Shown here: positions 1 through 12,432 of the stretch, piece by piece
Layout: every line of letters starts with the position of its first letter
Position numbering within the stretch: the first letter of the stretch is position 1
DNA from: Macrostomum hystrix
Taxonomy: Eukaryota > Animalia > Platyhelminthes
Assembly: GCA_950097015.1 (NCBI GenBank)
Contig: CATNEN010000003.1
Span: 13,206,001-13,270,000, forward strand
Length of the DNA stretch: 64,000 nt
Reading direction: 5' to 3'
Position numbers and translations under genes: made by a program
Notes under the pieces: model-generated
Database searches by the model: none
Told to the model about the DNA's origin: nothing
Seen by the model: only the letters and a program-made list of their open reading frames with translations

Positions 1-3000
1 GCGTCAAGAACTTTATCAGCGCCTTCATCCTGCTGATCGGCGGCATGCTGCTGTGCTGTGTGCTGCTGATACTGGAGCACTCATTCTACAGGTACATGCG
101 GCCCAGGCTAAAAGAGTGGGACAAATACGGCTGCTGCGGCCTGGTATCAATTGTGAGTATTTCCATCAAGAATATGTATCCCTTAATGTGGAAAATTGTG
201 TCTTGCTTCTCACACCAGAAACCGCTAATCAATTCTAACACGAGACGCAGCTGTCATGACACAAGAATAATATTGTTTAATAAATCACAGCTCTGTTTTC
301 TACCACAGAAGAGCTGATATTAAAGGTTTCTGTCGGACAGGATCACGCCGTGTTTTCTTCTCGAACTAAGTAAATAAAACACGTTGCCTAAACATTCAAG
401 CGAACATAATCTGCCTCATCTTTAATAATTAATTTAATACAAAGATGGCTCTGTCTATAAGAGCTGCCAAAAAGTCCCGCCAACATCTGCTGAAACATCA
501 CGCAAATAGCCGACGATAAAAACGCTCTTCATGAAAAACTTGTGTTTTTTCAATAATACAAGTGTATTTATAAATGAGGATATAATTTTTATGTCAGTTT
601 TACGTGTCAGTTAATTGTTGGATTGGATCTCAGCATTCACAGCACAAACTAAAACGCAAACATGTCACATTGCAGAGCATGGGCCAGCTGCTGTCATTTG
701 AGCAGTCAGTGAACCAAACTGTTGACCTGATCAAGCATCACAAATGTCGCAATCCTATTTGCGAGACTCAACTCTGGAAGGTGCGTCACGAACTGGATAT
801 GGCCAGAAGGAAGGTGCAAAAATTGGAGACCTTGTTAAAAAGCGGTTGCGTTGCCATTGACGACAGAGGAGACAGCGGCGGCGGTGGCAGCGGTGGCGGC
901 GGCAGAGATTTAGGAGAAGGCGGAGGATATCTTCCGATCACCAACTGGTGAGTGTAATTCTAGCCATCCGTGTACTACACGGGCGTAGCCAGGGGGTGGG
1001 CAAGGGGGGCCGCGGCCCCCCTAACCCCTAATCTGCTGACAAATCCATGTGGCGCCCCGTGGTAGTGCCGCCCCGTGGTAGTGGGGCCAAGTGGTAGTGG
1101 GGCCAAGTGGTAGTGGGGCCACGTGGTAGTGGGGCCACGTGGTAGTGGTGCCAAGTGGTAGTGGGGCCCCGTGGTAGTGGGGCCAAGTGGTAGTGGGGCC
1201 ACGTGGTAGTGGGGCCAAGTGGTAGTGGGGCCAAGTGGTAGTGGGGCCAAGTGGTAGTGGGGCCACGTGGTAGTGGCACCCCGTGGTAGTAAGGCCACGT
1301 GGTAGTGGGTCCAAGTGGTAGTGGGGCCAAGTGGTAGTGGGGCCACGTGGTAGTGGGGCCACGTGGTAGTGGGGCCCCGTGGTAGTGGGGCCAAGTGGTA
1401 GTGGGGCCACGTGGTAGTGGCACCCAGTGGTAGTGGGGCCACGTGGTAGTGGGGCCACGTGGTAGTGGGGCCCCGTGGTAGTGGGGCCAAGTGGTAGTGG
1501 GGCCACGTGGTAGTGGCACCCAGTGGTAGTGGGGCCACGTGGTAGTGGGGCCACGCGGTAGTGGGGCCCCGTGGTAGTGGGGCCACGTGGTAGTGGGGCC
1601 ACGTGGTAGTGGGGCCCGTGGTAGTGGGGCCACGTGGTAGTGGGGCCACGTGGTAGTGGCACCCAGTGGTAGTGGGGCCACGTGGTAGTGGGGCCACGTG
1701 GTAGTGGGGCCCCGTGATAGTGGGGCCACGTGGTAGTGGGGCCACGTGGTAGTGGGGCCACGTGGTAGTGGCACCCAGTGGTAGTGGGGCCACGTGGTAG
1801 TGGGGCCACGTGGTAGTGGCGCCTCTGGTGGTGGCGCGCCCAAGAGGCGTGCCTCACCTCCTAGAAAAAAATCCTGGCTACACCTTGGTATACTAGCATT
1901 GCTTGTGCATCCCAAAAAGGATAAGAAAGCCTAGAATACACATTCACATAAAAGTTCTGAGTACATAGTATAGGCTACTGAGTGAAAATGCTGCGTTTAA
2001 AAAATTAATGAGCAACAAAGTAACTTTGAGTTCAATAGAGGCAATTAGATTAGGTTTGTGACTCCCATAAATTATTAATTGCCACTATATAATGACCTCA
2101 AATGATCCAAGCAGGGCATGTTAACAAACTGTTTTGATAGGGGCGTCATTTCTTCTTTTTTAAAAGCCGTTAGAGCAGTGAGCTGCGTCACATGAATCAG
2201 GCGGAAATAAAAGCAAAACAGAACGTGCGAGAATGGGCCAAAGGTAAGTAAGAAATGAGCACAGGTTGAGCACCGTGGAATAGAAGAGACAGTAAAAAAC
2301 TGCTCATGACAATAATTCTTGGCGAAGTCACGCACAATAGAGAAACTGCTAAGCAAAACGTAATAAAAACCAATATTTGTTTTTGCTGGCCTAAAGACAC
2401 AATTCCTCGTATCCAGTAAAAATCGCTGTGTCAAGTTAACGTCTTTCCTAAAATTAACGATAGCAACGTAAAAAAACAGTAGAAATAACAGGCTATTTTC
2501 TACGGGCTACGGGCGTACTTCAAATACCCACAGCCTACATCACGATAGTTCCCAAACCGAATGACCGATTTTCGTGAAAGTCCACCATATGGAGCAACAT
2601 TTTCCACCCTTTACGCTGAACTAACTTTCAAAGCCGTCCGAGTTAGCATCCTCGCAGGAACAATATTTCATAATACACCTCTTCGACGCTTAAACTTTCA
2701 GCTCACAAGATGCCATTGCTAGCCGCTTACTGAGCCAGCAGTCGCAGCATCAGGCATCGAACAACTGCTACGCAGCTCGACAGCAAGCCAACAATCAGGC
2801 ATCCGAGAGCTCGCATCTGCTGCACCAAGAGCCAGAATTCAACGACGACAGCTTGCCAACGTCAATAGCGTTGCCGCACAGACCTCTACCGCCGCCAGAC
2901 ATTGGGCAGCTGCAGGCGTCCCCGAGGCTGCTGCATCGGCGGCATCAGTCCCGATTGACTTCGCACCTGACGCGGCAGCATCAGCAGCAGCAGCAGCAGC

Positions 3001-3134
3001 AGCAGCCGCCGCAGGAAATTCTTTATCGTCATCCTAGCATTAGAAACAATGATGAAACTAGAATAGCACTAGCCGCTGGCCACGATTCACTGCAAAAGCA
3101 AGAACTGCTGGTGGAAAAGGAGTCAGTTCTGTGA
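1..3134 (+). CDS. NMDA-type ionotropic glutamate receptor subunit, 3' exons only (<1-152, 676-947, 2702-3134)
   Basis: The first exon encodes an M4-like helix (VKNFISAFILLIGGMLLCCVLLILEHSFYRY). It splices by GT-AG with consistent phase to SMGQLLSFEQSV...HHKCRNPICETQLWKVRHELDMARRK, a tail typical of invertebrate NMDA-like subunits. The last exon is Gln-rich and ends in the PDZ-type motif ESVL*. Confidence 0.75.
978..1887. mobile_element. hAT-type MITE with internal 16-bp G-rich minisatellite, intronic
   Basis: Imperfect TIRs cacgggcgtagccagg / cctggctacaccttg; 8-bp TSD gtgtacta (970-977) / gtatacta (1888-1895), one mismatch. Confidence 0.8.
1058..1820. repeat. 16-bp minisatellite (gtggtagtggggccac)n
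   Basis: Directly visible tandem array; explains the repetitive ORFs at 975-1915. Confidence 0.97.
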
Positions 3135-3879
3135 ACCCATCAGCGACTCCCCATTCTGCGAGTTGACACTTGTGCTCATAAGAATTCTCAAGACACCGAG
3201 CCCTTCCATTTAACAATGATTGACATGTTTTCCAATACAATTAATTATACATGAAAATAAAGATAGTACACAATGCCACAATCAAAGTTTCATTTAAAAC
3301 GATGATGAAAACAGTTCAGTTTAGATTCTCATATTTCCAATGCTCGTACTTTAAAGGACTAAAGTTGAAATTGATCGTAAAACAGCTTTTAAAATATTTA
3401 ATAATATTTACAAGTATGCGAAAATTGTTGCAAAATATGCATCTGTATATTTTAGCGCAATTTTAACCTATTTTTACCTTTAGCGCAATTTGACACAAAA
3501 GACACAATAAAATATAACAAAATCGAATGAAATTTTCCGGAACGGTTTCTTTTGACATTCCTTTTAATGAAATAATAAATTTCGACAATCGTGTATGCAC
3601 AAGAAAGACAAAAATTGTTGTGACGCGACTTCAAAATTTGAAAATATTAAAGTGCTTGGTCGATTTAAAGAGATCTGAAAACTTGAGGTGTAGCAATATA
3701 CTACTGACTACAGATCGGAATAATGAGTAGTAAGTTGTTACAAAGTGTCTTGTTTTTGAGTCAATCGCAAAAAATAAAAAAATTAAATACATCAGAGAAG
3801 AAGAAGAGGTAAAAGTGTTAAAATCAATGCTAGTGTTGGCCTACTGAATAGGCCTTAAAACATAATCAGCCCAAAAAAT

Positions 3880-5859
3880 GCCTTGAGGAATCGGCTCAAA
3901 AATAGTGTCACCTTGAGGAATCGGCTCAAAATAGTGTCACCTTGAGGAATCGGCTCAAAATAGTGTCACCTTGAGGAATCGGCTCAAAATAGTGTCACCT
4001 TGAGGAATCGACTCAAAATAGTGTCACCTTGAGGAATCGGCTCAAAATAGTGTCACCTTGAGGAATCGGCTCAAAATAGTGTCACCTTGAGGAATCGACT
4101 CAAAATAGTGTCACCTTGAGGAATCGGCTCAAAAATAGTGTCACCTTGAGGAATCGGCTCAAAATAGTGTCACCTTGAAGAATCGGCTCAAAAATAGTGT
4201 CACCTTGAGGAATCGGCTCAAAAATAGTGTCACCTTGAGGAATCGGCTCAAAATAGTGTCACCTTGAGGAATCGGCTCAAAATAGTGTCACTTTGAGGAA
4301 TCGGCTCAAAAAAGTGTCACCTTGAGGAATCGACTCAAAATAGTGTCACCTTGAGGAATCGACTCAAAATAGTGTCACCTTGAGGAATCGACTCAAAATA
4401 GTGTCACCGTGAGGAATCGACTCAAAATAGTGTCACCTTGAGGAATCGACTCAAAATAGTGTCACCTTAAGGAATCGGCTCAAAATAGTGTCACCTTGAG
4501 GAATCGACTCAAAATAGTGTCACCGTGAGGAATCGACTCAAAATAGTGTCACCTTAAGGAATCGGCTCAAAATAGTGTCACCTTGAGGAATCGGCTCAAA
4601 ATAGTGTCACCTTGAGGAATCGACTCAAAATAGTGTCACCTTGAGGAATCGACTCAAAATAGTGTCACCTTGAGGAATCGGCTCAAAATAGTGTCACCTT
4701 AAGGAATCGGCTCAAAATAGTGTCACCTTGAGGAATCGGCTCAAAATAGTGTCACCTTGAGGAATCGACTCAAAATAGTGTCACCTTGAGGAATCGGCTC
4801 AAAATAGTGTCACCTTGAGGAATCGACTCAAAATAGTGTCACCTTAAGGAATCGGCTCAAAATAGTGTCACCTTGAGGAATCGACTCAAAATAGTGTCAC
4901 CGTGAGGAATCGACTCAAAATAGTGTCACCTTGAGGAATCGACTCAAAATAGTGTCACCTTAAGGAATCGGCTCAAAATAGTGTCACCTTGAGGAATCGG
5001 CTCAAAATAGTGTCACCTTGAGGAATCGACTCAAAATAGTGTCACCTTGAGGAATCGGCTCAAAATAGTGTCACCTTGAGGAATCGAATCAAAATAGTGT
5101 CACCTTGAGGAATCGACTCAAAATAGTGTCACCTTGAGGAATCGGCTCAAAATAGTGTCACCTTGAGGAATCGACTCAAAAATAGTGTCACCTTGAGGAA
5201 TCGGCTCAAAATAGTGTCACCTTGAGGAATCGGCTCAAAATAGTGTCACCTTGAGGAATCGACTCAAAATAGTGTCACCTTGAGGAATCGACTCAAAATA
5301 GTGTCACCTTGAGGAATCGACTCAAAATAGTGTCACCTTGAGGAATCGGCTCAAAATAGTGTCACCTTGAGGAATCGGCTAAAAAATAGTGTCACCTTGA
5401 GGAATCGACTCAAAAAAGTGTCACCTTGAGGAATCGGCTAAAAAATAGTGTCACCTTGAGGAATCGGCTCAAAATAGTGTCACCTTGAGGAATCGACTCA
5501 AAATAGTGTCACCTTGAGGAATCGACTCAAAATAGTGTCACCTTGAGGAATCGGCTCAAAAATAGTGTCACCTTGAGGAATCGACTCAAAATAGTGTCAC
5601 CTTGAGGAATCGACTCAAAATAGTGTCACCTTGAGGAATCGACTCAAAATAGTGTCACCTTGAGGAATCGGCTCAAAAATAGTGTCACCTTGAGGAATCG
5701 GCTCAAAATAGTGTCACCTTGAGGAATCGGCTCAAAAATAGTGTCACCTTGAGGAATCGGCTAAAAAATAGTGTCACCTTGCGGAATCGGCTCAAAAATA
5801 GTGTCACCTTGAGGAATCGACTCAAAATAGTGTCACCTTGAGGAATCGACTCAAAAATA
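3880..5859. repeat. 29-bp minisatellite (aaaatagtgtcaccttgaggaatcggctc)n, ~2 kb
   Basis: Homogeneous head-to-tail array without spacers, between two convergent gene ends. Confidence 0.98.
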
Positions 5860-5961
5860 GTAAGGGATTGAAGAATCTGCCGAATAATGAAAATTGGAAT
5901 CAAGAATCAGCCCTGTTTAAATAGGACAAACGTACAAAGTCTAGGAACCAAGGCTAGTCAA

Positions 5962-8900
5962 TTATTCAAATTGAATTCCTAATTGCTGGATCAAACTGTA
6001 CAAGTAATGTAAAAGTAGCACAGCATTCAATAACATCGGCACGACGACAGGACGATCGGCACCTTGCGTTACAAACCGCCGGCACGGTGGCTCTCGATCA
6101 AATCCCGCGGGAAGTTTCGGAGGCGGCAGCGGAGGCGACAAGGCGTGTTTGAAACAGTCGGGATAGTCAGGACACAGCTGCGAGCACGGAGGACACGACA
6201 AGCTGCCATAGTGCAAACTGAAATTGCCGAGTAGAGAGAACTGTACTCGGCCACCGTTGACGGGACAGGAGAATTCCCTACCGGCTGACAGTGTAACAAT
6301 GGGCACACCGGTTGCTGGGGCACAGCGAATCGCATAGCAACCGCTGCCATAAGTGGCTGCAGCGTGTCTTCTACCGCAGAATTGCAAGTGAAACGGTTCA
6401 GGCTGTTCCAGACACCTTGACTGGCGCCCAAATAGTTCCAGGCTAGGATTGGCAGTCTCGGCTGCTTGATTCTCTTCTAGAAGACAATTGGAATTTCTCG
6501 GCCAATTATTGGCTGAGGTGACAGGTGCGTCGGATAGACTAGCGTAGATCTGAGGATATGGGCAATAGTCGGCGAAGCGACTTGTGCCACCGTAGCGACT
6601 GAGCATGGTCGAACTTGATGGAGTCAGCTTTTTTAATCTTTGATAATTAGGGTCGGCTTGTTGCACCTGAACAACCTGGTCTACAAAGTACTGATAGTGA
6701 GGCGGCAGGTCGGTTGGAAACTGGTCCAAGTTGCAGTATCGCTTCGATTGGCGATCGTCTGAGCAACCAGTGAGCAGCATTTGGCCACCGTTCGGTCCGG
6801 AGTGCCTCGGCGAGAGATTGCAATAGGGTGACATAGGCGCTGAGCTGTCGGCAATTAAACGGCGACGCATCCAATCGTAGCAGCTCGAGAATGCGAACTC
6901 GCAGCCGAGATTGCGGCCCCAGGTGATTGGCTGGGCCATAGAGTAATTGGCCGAGTACCTGACAGTCAGGGAAGAGATTTCAGGTGAATTCAGTAGCGGC
7001 TTTCTAAGAAACTAAATGAAGTAAACCTAGCCCATGACTGATTTGAAGTTTTTTAAGACGAATTTGAAGCTTGTCTATGACCGATTTGAAGCTTGTCTAT
7101 GACCGATTTGGAACTTGTACATGACCGATTTGAAGCTTTCTTACGACCGATCTAAAGCTTTTATATGAATGATTCAAAGCTTGACTATGACTTATTTAAA
7201 GATTTTCTATGACCGATTTGCAAGCTTGACTATGACCGAATTACAAGCTTGTCAATGACCGATTTACAAGCTAGCCAATGACCGATTTACAAGCTAGCCA
7301 ATGACCAATTTACAAGCTTGCCAATGACCAATTTACAAGCTAGTCAATGCCCAATTTACAAGCTTGTCAATGACCGATTTACAAGCTAGCCAATGACCGA
7401 CTTACAAGCTTGTCAATGACCGATTTACAAGCTAGCCAATGACCAATTTACAAGCTTGTCAATGACCGATTTACAAGCTAGCCAATGACCGATTTACAAG
7501 CTAGCCAATGACCAATTTACAAGCTTGCCAATGACCAATTTACAAGCTAGTCAATGCCCAATTTACAAGCTTGTCAATGACCGATTTACAAGCTAGCCAA
7601 TGACCGATTTACAAGCTTGTCAATGACCGATTTACAAGCTAGCCAATGACCAATTTACAAGCTTGTCAATGAACGATTTACAAGCTAGCCAATGACCGAT
7701 TTACAAGCTTGTCAATGACCGATTTACAAGCTAGCCAATGACCGATTTACAAGCTAGCCAATGACCAATTTACAAGCTTGTCAATGACCGATTTACAAGC
7801 TAGCCAATGACCAATTTACAAGCTAGCCAATGACCAATTTACAAGCCAGTCAATGACCAATTTACAAGCTTGACTATGACCGATTTACAAGCTTGCTAAT
7901 GACCGATTTACAAGCTTGTCAATGACCGATTTACAAGCTAGCCAATGACCAATTTACAAGCTAGCCAATGACCAATTTACAAGCCAGCCAATGACCAATT
8001 TACAAGCTTGACTATGACCGATTTACAAGCTTGCTAATGACCGATTTACAAGCTTGTCTATGACTAAAAAGAAGCAAAGTGAAATAGTAGCATTCCTCCC
8101 TACCAGCCGGTGTCCTCGAGAAAGGCCAGAGTGAACTCGGACACAATGGCTGAGCCGGTGTAAGCTGCGGTCATGAGTTCAGTCTCCAGCAGTCGTTTCT
8201 CCCAGTGAGTTAAAGCCGAGCCAATTTCGCCCTGATTCTCTAAAGGCAAGCCGGGCAGGCTGGAGCAGTTGAAATGAGTTCGAATCCTAGACACTAAACG
8301 CGGCGTGACCACATAGTGACGGGTGAGGTTGAACGAGCCGTGGGCTGAGCTCCACGGCTCCGATCTCTGCGGAAGAATTCAGAAGAGGAACTCATGATCA
8401 CAGAACCGTGCTCACTTAATGACAGGTAAAATAGTAGATGAAGACAGACCTGTAAAACAGTATCGCTGCTCCATTGCATAAGGCTGCCGCGAGTGCCTTG
8501 AATGACTCCCATTGTTGGCAGGTTAGTGATTGGATTGCGCGGAGTTCTTGGAGCCCAGCTGTCTGTTCGCATGAAGGAGAATAGGGTGGCTGTCAGGCCT
8601 AGGGCGTGCAACAGCTCGTGCCGGGCTGTGTACTGGGCCTCGGCCTGAAAAGATCAGGGGAGCTAGGAGCGGATGACACCTGAAGCCTCAGGGGAGCTAG
8701 GAGCGGATGACACCTGAAGCCTCAGGGGAGCTAGGAGCGGATGACACCTGAAGCCTCAGGGGAGCTAGGAGCGGATGACACCTGAAGCCTCAGGGGAGCT
8801 AGGAGCGGATGACACCTGAAGCCTCAGGGAAGCTAAGAGCGGATGACTCATGAAGCATCAGGGGAGCTAGGTGCGGATGACTCCTGAAGCCTCAGGGGGG

Positions 8901-10663
8901 ATGACTCCTTAAGCCTCAGTGAAGCTAGGAGCGGAGGACACCTGAATTCTCAGGGGAGCTAGGAGCGGACGATTCCTGAAGCATCAGGGGAGCTAGGAGC
9001 GGATGACTCCTGAAGCATCAGGGGAGCTAGGAGCGGATGACACCTGAAGCCTCAGGGGAGCTAGGAGCGGAGGACACCTGAATTCTCAGGGGAGCTAGGA
9101 GCGGATGACTCCTGAAGCCTCAGGGGGGATGACTCCTTAAGCCTCAGTGAAGCTAGGAGCGGAGGACACCTGAATTCTCAGGGGAGCTAGGTGCGGATGA
9201 CTCCTGAAGCCTCAGGGGGGATGACTCCTTAAGCCTCAGTGAAGCTAGGAGCGGAGGACACCTGAATTCTCAGGGGAGCTAGGAGCGGACGATTCCTGAA
9301 GCATCAGGGGAGCTAGGAGCGGATGACTCCTGAAGCATCAGGGGAGCTAGGAGCGGATGACTCCTGAAGTCTCAGCGGAGCTACGGGCGGATGACTCATG
9401 AAGCCTCAGTGAAGCTACGCAGCATAAACAGACTTTCTGCTTATGCATGAACATACTCTGCAGCATTTACTCACCCGATCGGCTGTGAATCGACCCGGAC
9501 TCGAGCCGGTCCGTCTTTGGCACAGATTGACATACCCAGCCAGCGGTCGATCAGTTCGGCCGTCCAACTGACAATGCGCCGCATAGCCCAATGTCTGGCT
9601 ATCCGGCCCGCCGCAGCGCACAGTGTCATAGGCGGACACGTACAGGGCGTAGTTGAAGGGCAATTGAATACCGGCGCCGCGGCTGCCGCTGTGCCGCAGT
9701 CCGGAGCCTTCAGCTTCGGGCGCCAGCTCGCGGCACAGGTCCAGATGGCTGGATGGAATTTCAGTGTGGCCGCAGTAGGCAGCTATCGAGCAACCTTCAG
9801 CGCAATAGTGCAGGTAGGCGCCTGTGACCGGACTGCGGACAACCCTGACGCGATCGGTTCTGCAGGGTCGGGGCAGCCAGAAGGTGGCGGTAGCTGGCAG
9901 CTGCTGTCGAACCTGTGCCGGTGTGACAGCATTTTTAAGGGATACTTTTGACTCTCTTGACAAACATGGCAAAATATACACGGGTTCCACCTGTTTTTGT
10001 TCATATTGTGTTCCAGATGAAGGCGTTCAGAAGTAGGGATCTAAATAAGACAAGGAAGGGATTATAGGTTTGGGATTCGAATTCGAGATAAAGGGACTGA
10101 TACAAGAAATTGAATTTGAGATGAAGGGATTAGGATATGTGATTTGAATTTGAAATGAATGGGATATGAGATTGGACTCATATCTGAGTTTTGAAATTAA
10201 TAGTAAAGAATAAAGGATCATGGTTGGGAACCTTTGTATTGATAACTATAGCTCTTTTTTGCTGAAAATTTGATACGGAACAGAAATCCACGAGTGCACT
10301 CGGTAAAAGAGCGAGGTAACTAACCGATAGTACAGACTGCCAATAGTTCACAGCATCGTTAATGAGTCCGCGAATCGCCTTGGAATCTGTATCATTCGCT
10401 GCAGCCAGTGTTGGCTCATAGTACACCTGTATCCGCAGCGGCTCAGTCATTGTGGGCGATACGACAGCCTGTCGTCGTACCCGCCGAGGGGACGAGAACG
10501 CGCCGGTTCTGAAGCCGTCAGAGACACCAAAGCCGCCGCCGCCGCCGCTGGAGTGTGACAGTCTCGGTGGTCGGTGCGAGCACTCGCTGGCACTGGCGAT
10601 TGATCTCGCCGCCAGTAGCGATTGCGCAACTAGCACTGATAAGACCAGCGCCGCGGGGCCCAT
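5962..10663 (-). CDS. LMLN: Leishmanolysin-like peptidase (invadolysin, M8 metalloprotease); exons 10663-10325, 9912-9475, 8644-8450, 8366-8104, 6958-5962
   Basis: Signal peptide; TLGYAAHCQLD..DRPLAGYVNLC; zinc motif HELLHALG; LENQG..GSALTHWEKRLLETELMT; TLAFLEDTGWY; YGG...ADYCPY; hydrophobic GPI-like C-terminus. All introns are GT-AG and phase-consistent. Confidence 0.95.
7030..8065. repeat. 23-bp intronic minisatellite (atgaccgatttacaagctagcca)n
   Basis: Tandem array fills LMLN intron 4 and is degenerate at its left edge. Confidence 0.95.
8655..9418. repeat. ~34-36-bp intronic minisatellite (caggggagctaggagcggatgacacctgaagcct)n
   Basis: Tandem array fills LMLN intron 2. Confidence 0.95.
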
Positions 10664-10959
10664 GCCGGCTTAACTGAAGTTCTCTTTGATGTTTGCCGAT
10701 CGACCGACCCTCACTGGAAACTTTTATTGCGATTTCGACCAATATATTTCAACATAAAATATCTATAATATTCACTCATCCGACTGTGATTAGTAACGTA
10801 ATTAGCGTCAAATCGTAAAAAATAAACAACCAGCATTCGTATCTCAATCAATGAGGGCTTGATAAAAAACAATACTAATTAGTGTCACCTGCTGTGCTAA
10901 TTACTACACGCTAAGACAACATAATTACATCTCGATTCCTATTTCAGCTGCTTCTTATT

Positions 10960-11190
10960 GTATGTGCCAAGAGAAAGAAAACTTTGCCCCGCTTGGTACT
11001 AACCCTTCCGCAGGTTCCTTCTCAGTTCACCCAGCTGTGGTAATTGAGGGTGGGTGTGGCGTCCCCCCAGTCCATGGACTGAAAAGACGTACGCAGCTTT
11101 CAGATGGGCCACACTGAGGTGCAGTGCGGCTCTGCACATCTGGACCAATAGGGGCAGGTGTAATTAATTATTATTATTTGTTTTTATTAT
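10960..11190 (+). mobile_element. CORE-like SINE (family B), 5'-truncated
   Basis: cagttcacccagctg...gggtgtggcgtcccccagtccatggactg...ggggcaggtgtaatt(att)n, shared with the copy at 23557-23876. Confidence 0.75.
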
Positions 11191-11779
11191 TACTAGTTTG
11201 GCCACATGTACAGCCAGTGAGTGGCTATTGCGTATCGCTTCTACAAGCTCTGTACAGCTGTTCAGTCCATAGACAGGGGAGGAGGCCAAATTCATTGCTT
11301 GCCAGCTGATCCTGGCAGCCATTATACAGCTCGATTAACAGTAGCAATGGTAAGTTATTTCTAACGAACAAAAACGGTTTCCCTTGGACTGAGATTCGAG
11401 CTCCCGACCTCTCGTTAATAAAAGTCAAAAGTTCTAACGACAGAAAAATAAGCTATTACCTGCGGATTTAAAATAATAAAACTGTGGAGGTTTTGCATCT
11501 GCAATCCTGTTTGATGCTTGTAAGTAGGGATTGCACTTTCCAGACTATCCATAATCTCGCGGATTCAGAATTTCAATGTCTACAAGTTTGACTATTATAT
11601 TAATATTAATGCTTATAATTTACGAAAGGATTTATTCAATAGGAAAAAACAATTGTCGTCAAATATGTTTGCTTTATTAGTTTCTACAACGAATTCATTG
11701 GTGTGATTTATTTCCATTATTTGTAAAGAAAGTCGGGAAAGTTTCCACGTTTTTGGACAGAATCCCGGGATCCTCAATA

Positions 11780-11890
11780 CCGGTTAGAACAGTAGAAGTT
11801 TTTTCCAGTTAGAACAGTTAGAACAGTTAGAACAGTTAGAACAGTTAGAACAGTTAGAACGGTTAGAACAGTTAGAAGTTTTTTCCAGGG
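11780..11890. repeat. 9-bp tandem repeat (gttagaaca)n
   Basis: Directly visible. Confidence 0.85.
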
Positions 11891-12432
11891 AAGTTTCATT
11901 GAATAACAGGAATCCATAATTCCAAGAATTCGGAATTGCGATGCCAAATGAGAAGTCTATTACTCACTATCAGTACAGAGAGTAAAAAAGAACAAAAATT
12001 GTAAGTATGAAATGGAAAAAAAGCAAAAACCAATTGAGAACATTGATCAACAAGCAATAAAAAGCATTGTTTTCTATATCCTACTAACAACTCGAATCCA
12101 CACAGACATATTGGCACGTAAGAAACTGCAGACTGACCAAAGAAGTCATTTTTCTAAGAAAGGCTTGTTCAGTAACAAAATTTTGACATACTATTATTTT
12201 CACGCACTACTTTAAGTAGTTCTATAGAAATATTGCCTATTTTAAATGTATCAGCAAAGCCTACGAAGATTGCACATAAAAAAACTAGCACAAACATTTG
12301 GTAGAAGAAAGTAAGAGTTCCGTTATCAGTTTTCAGTTTTATAATTTAAAAGACACTAGAGACAATAAAACTAAGGAAAATAAGGAAACTGGTTTATAGG
12401 CCACTAGACTGACTAACTGCAGCACAACAGGC

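Noticed and set aside
975-1915. Long repetitive ORFs (PHYHVAPLPRGPTTT), and likewise those at 35765-36581, 37263-38184, 52983-53615 and 57761-63424
   Set aside because: They are translations of minisatellites, open in several frames or on both strands, and mostly intronic or inside MITEs.
3880-5859. CRISPR-like array of ~29-bp repeats
   Set aside because: Units are head-to-tail with no unique spacers, there are no cas genes, and the context is eukaryotic.
11780-11890. Interstitial telomeric repeat
   Set aside because: The unit is gttagaaca, not TTAGGG.
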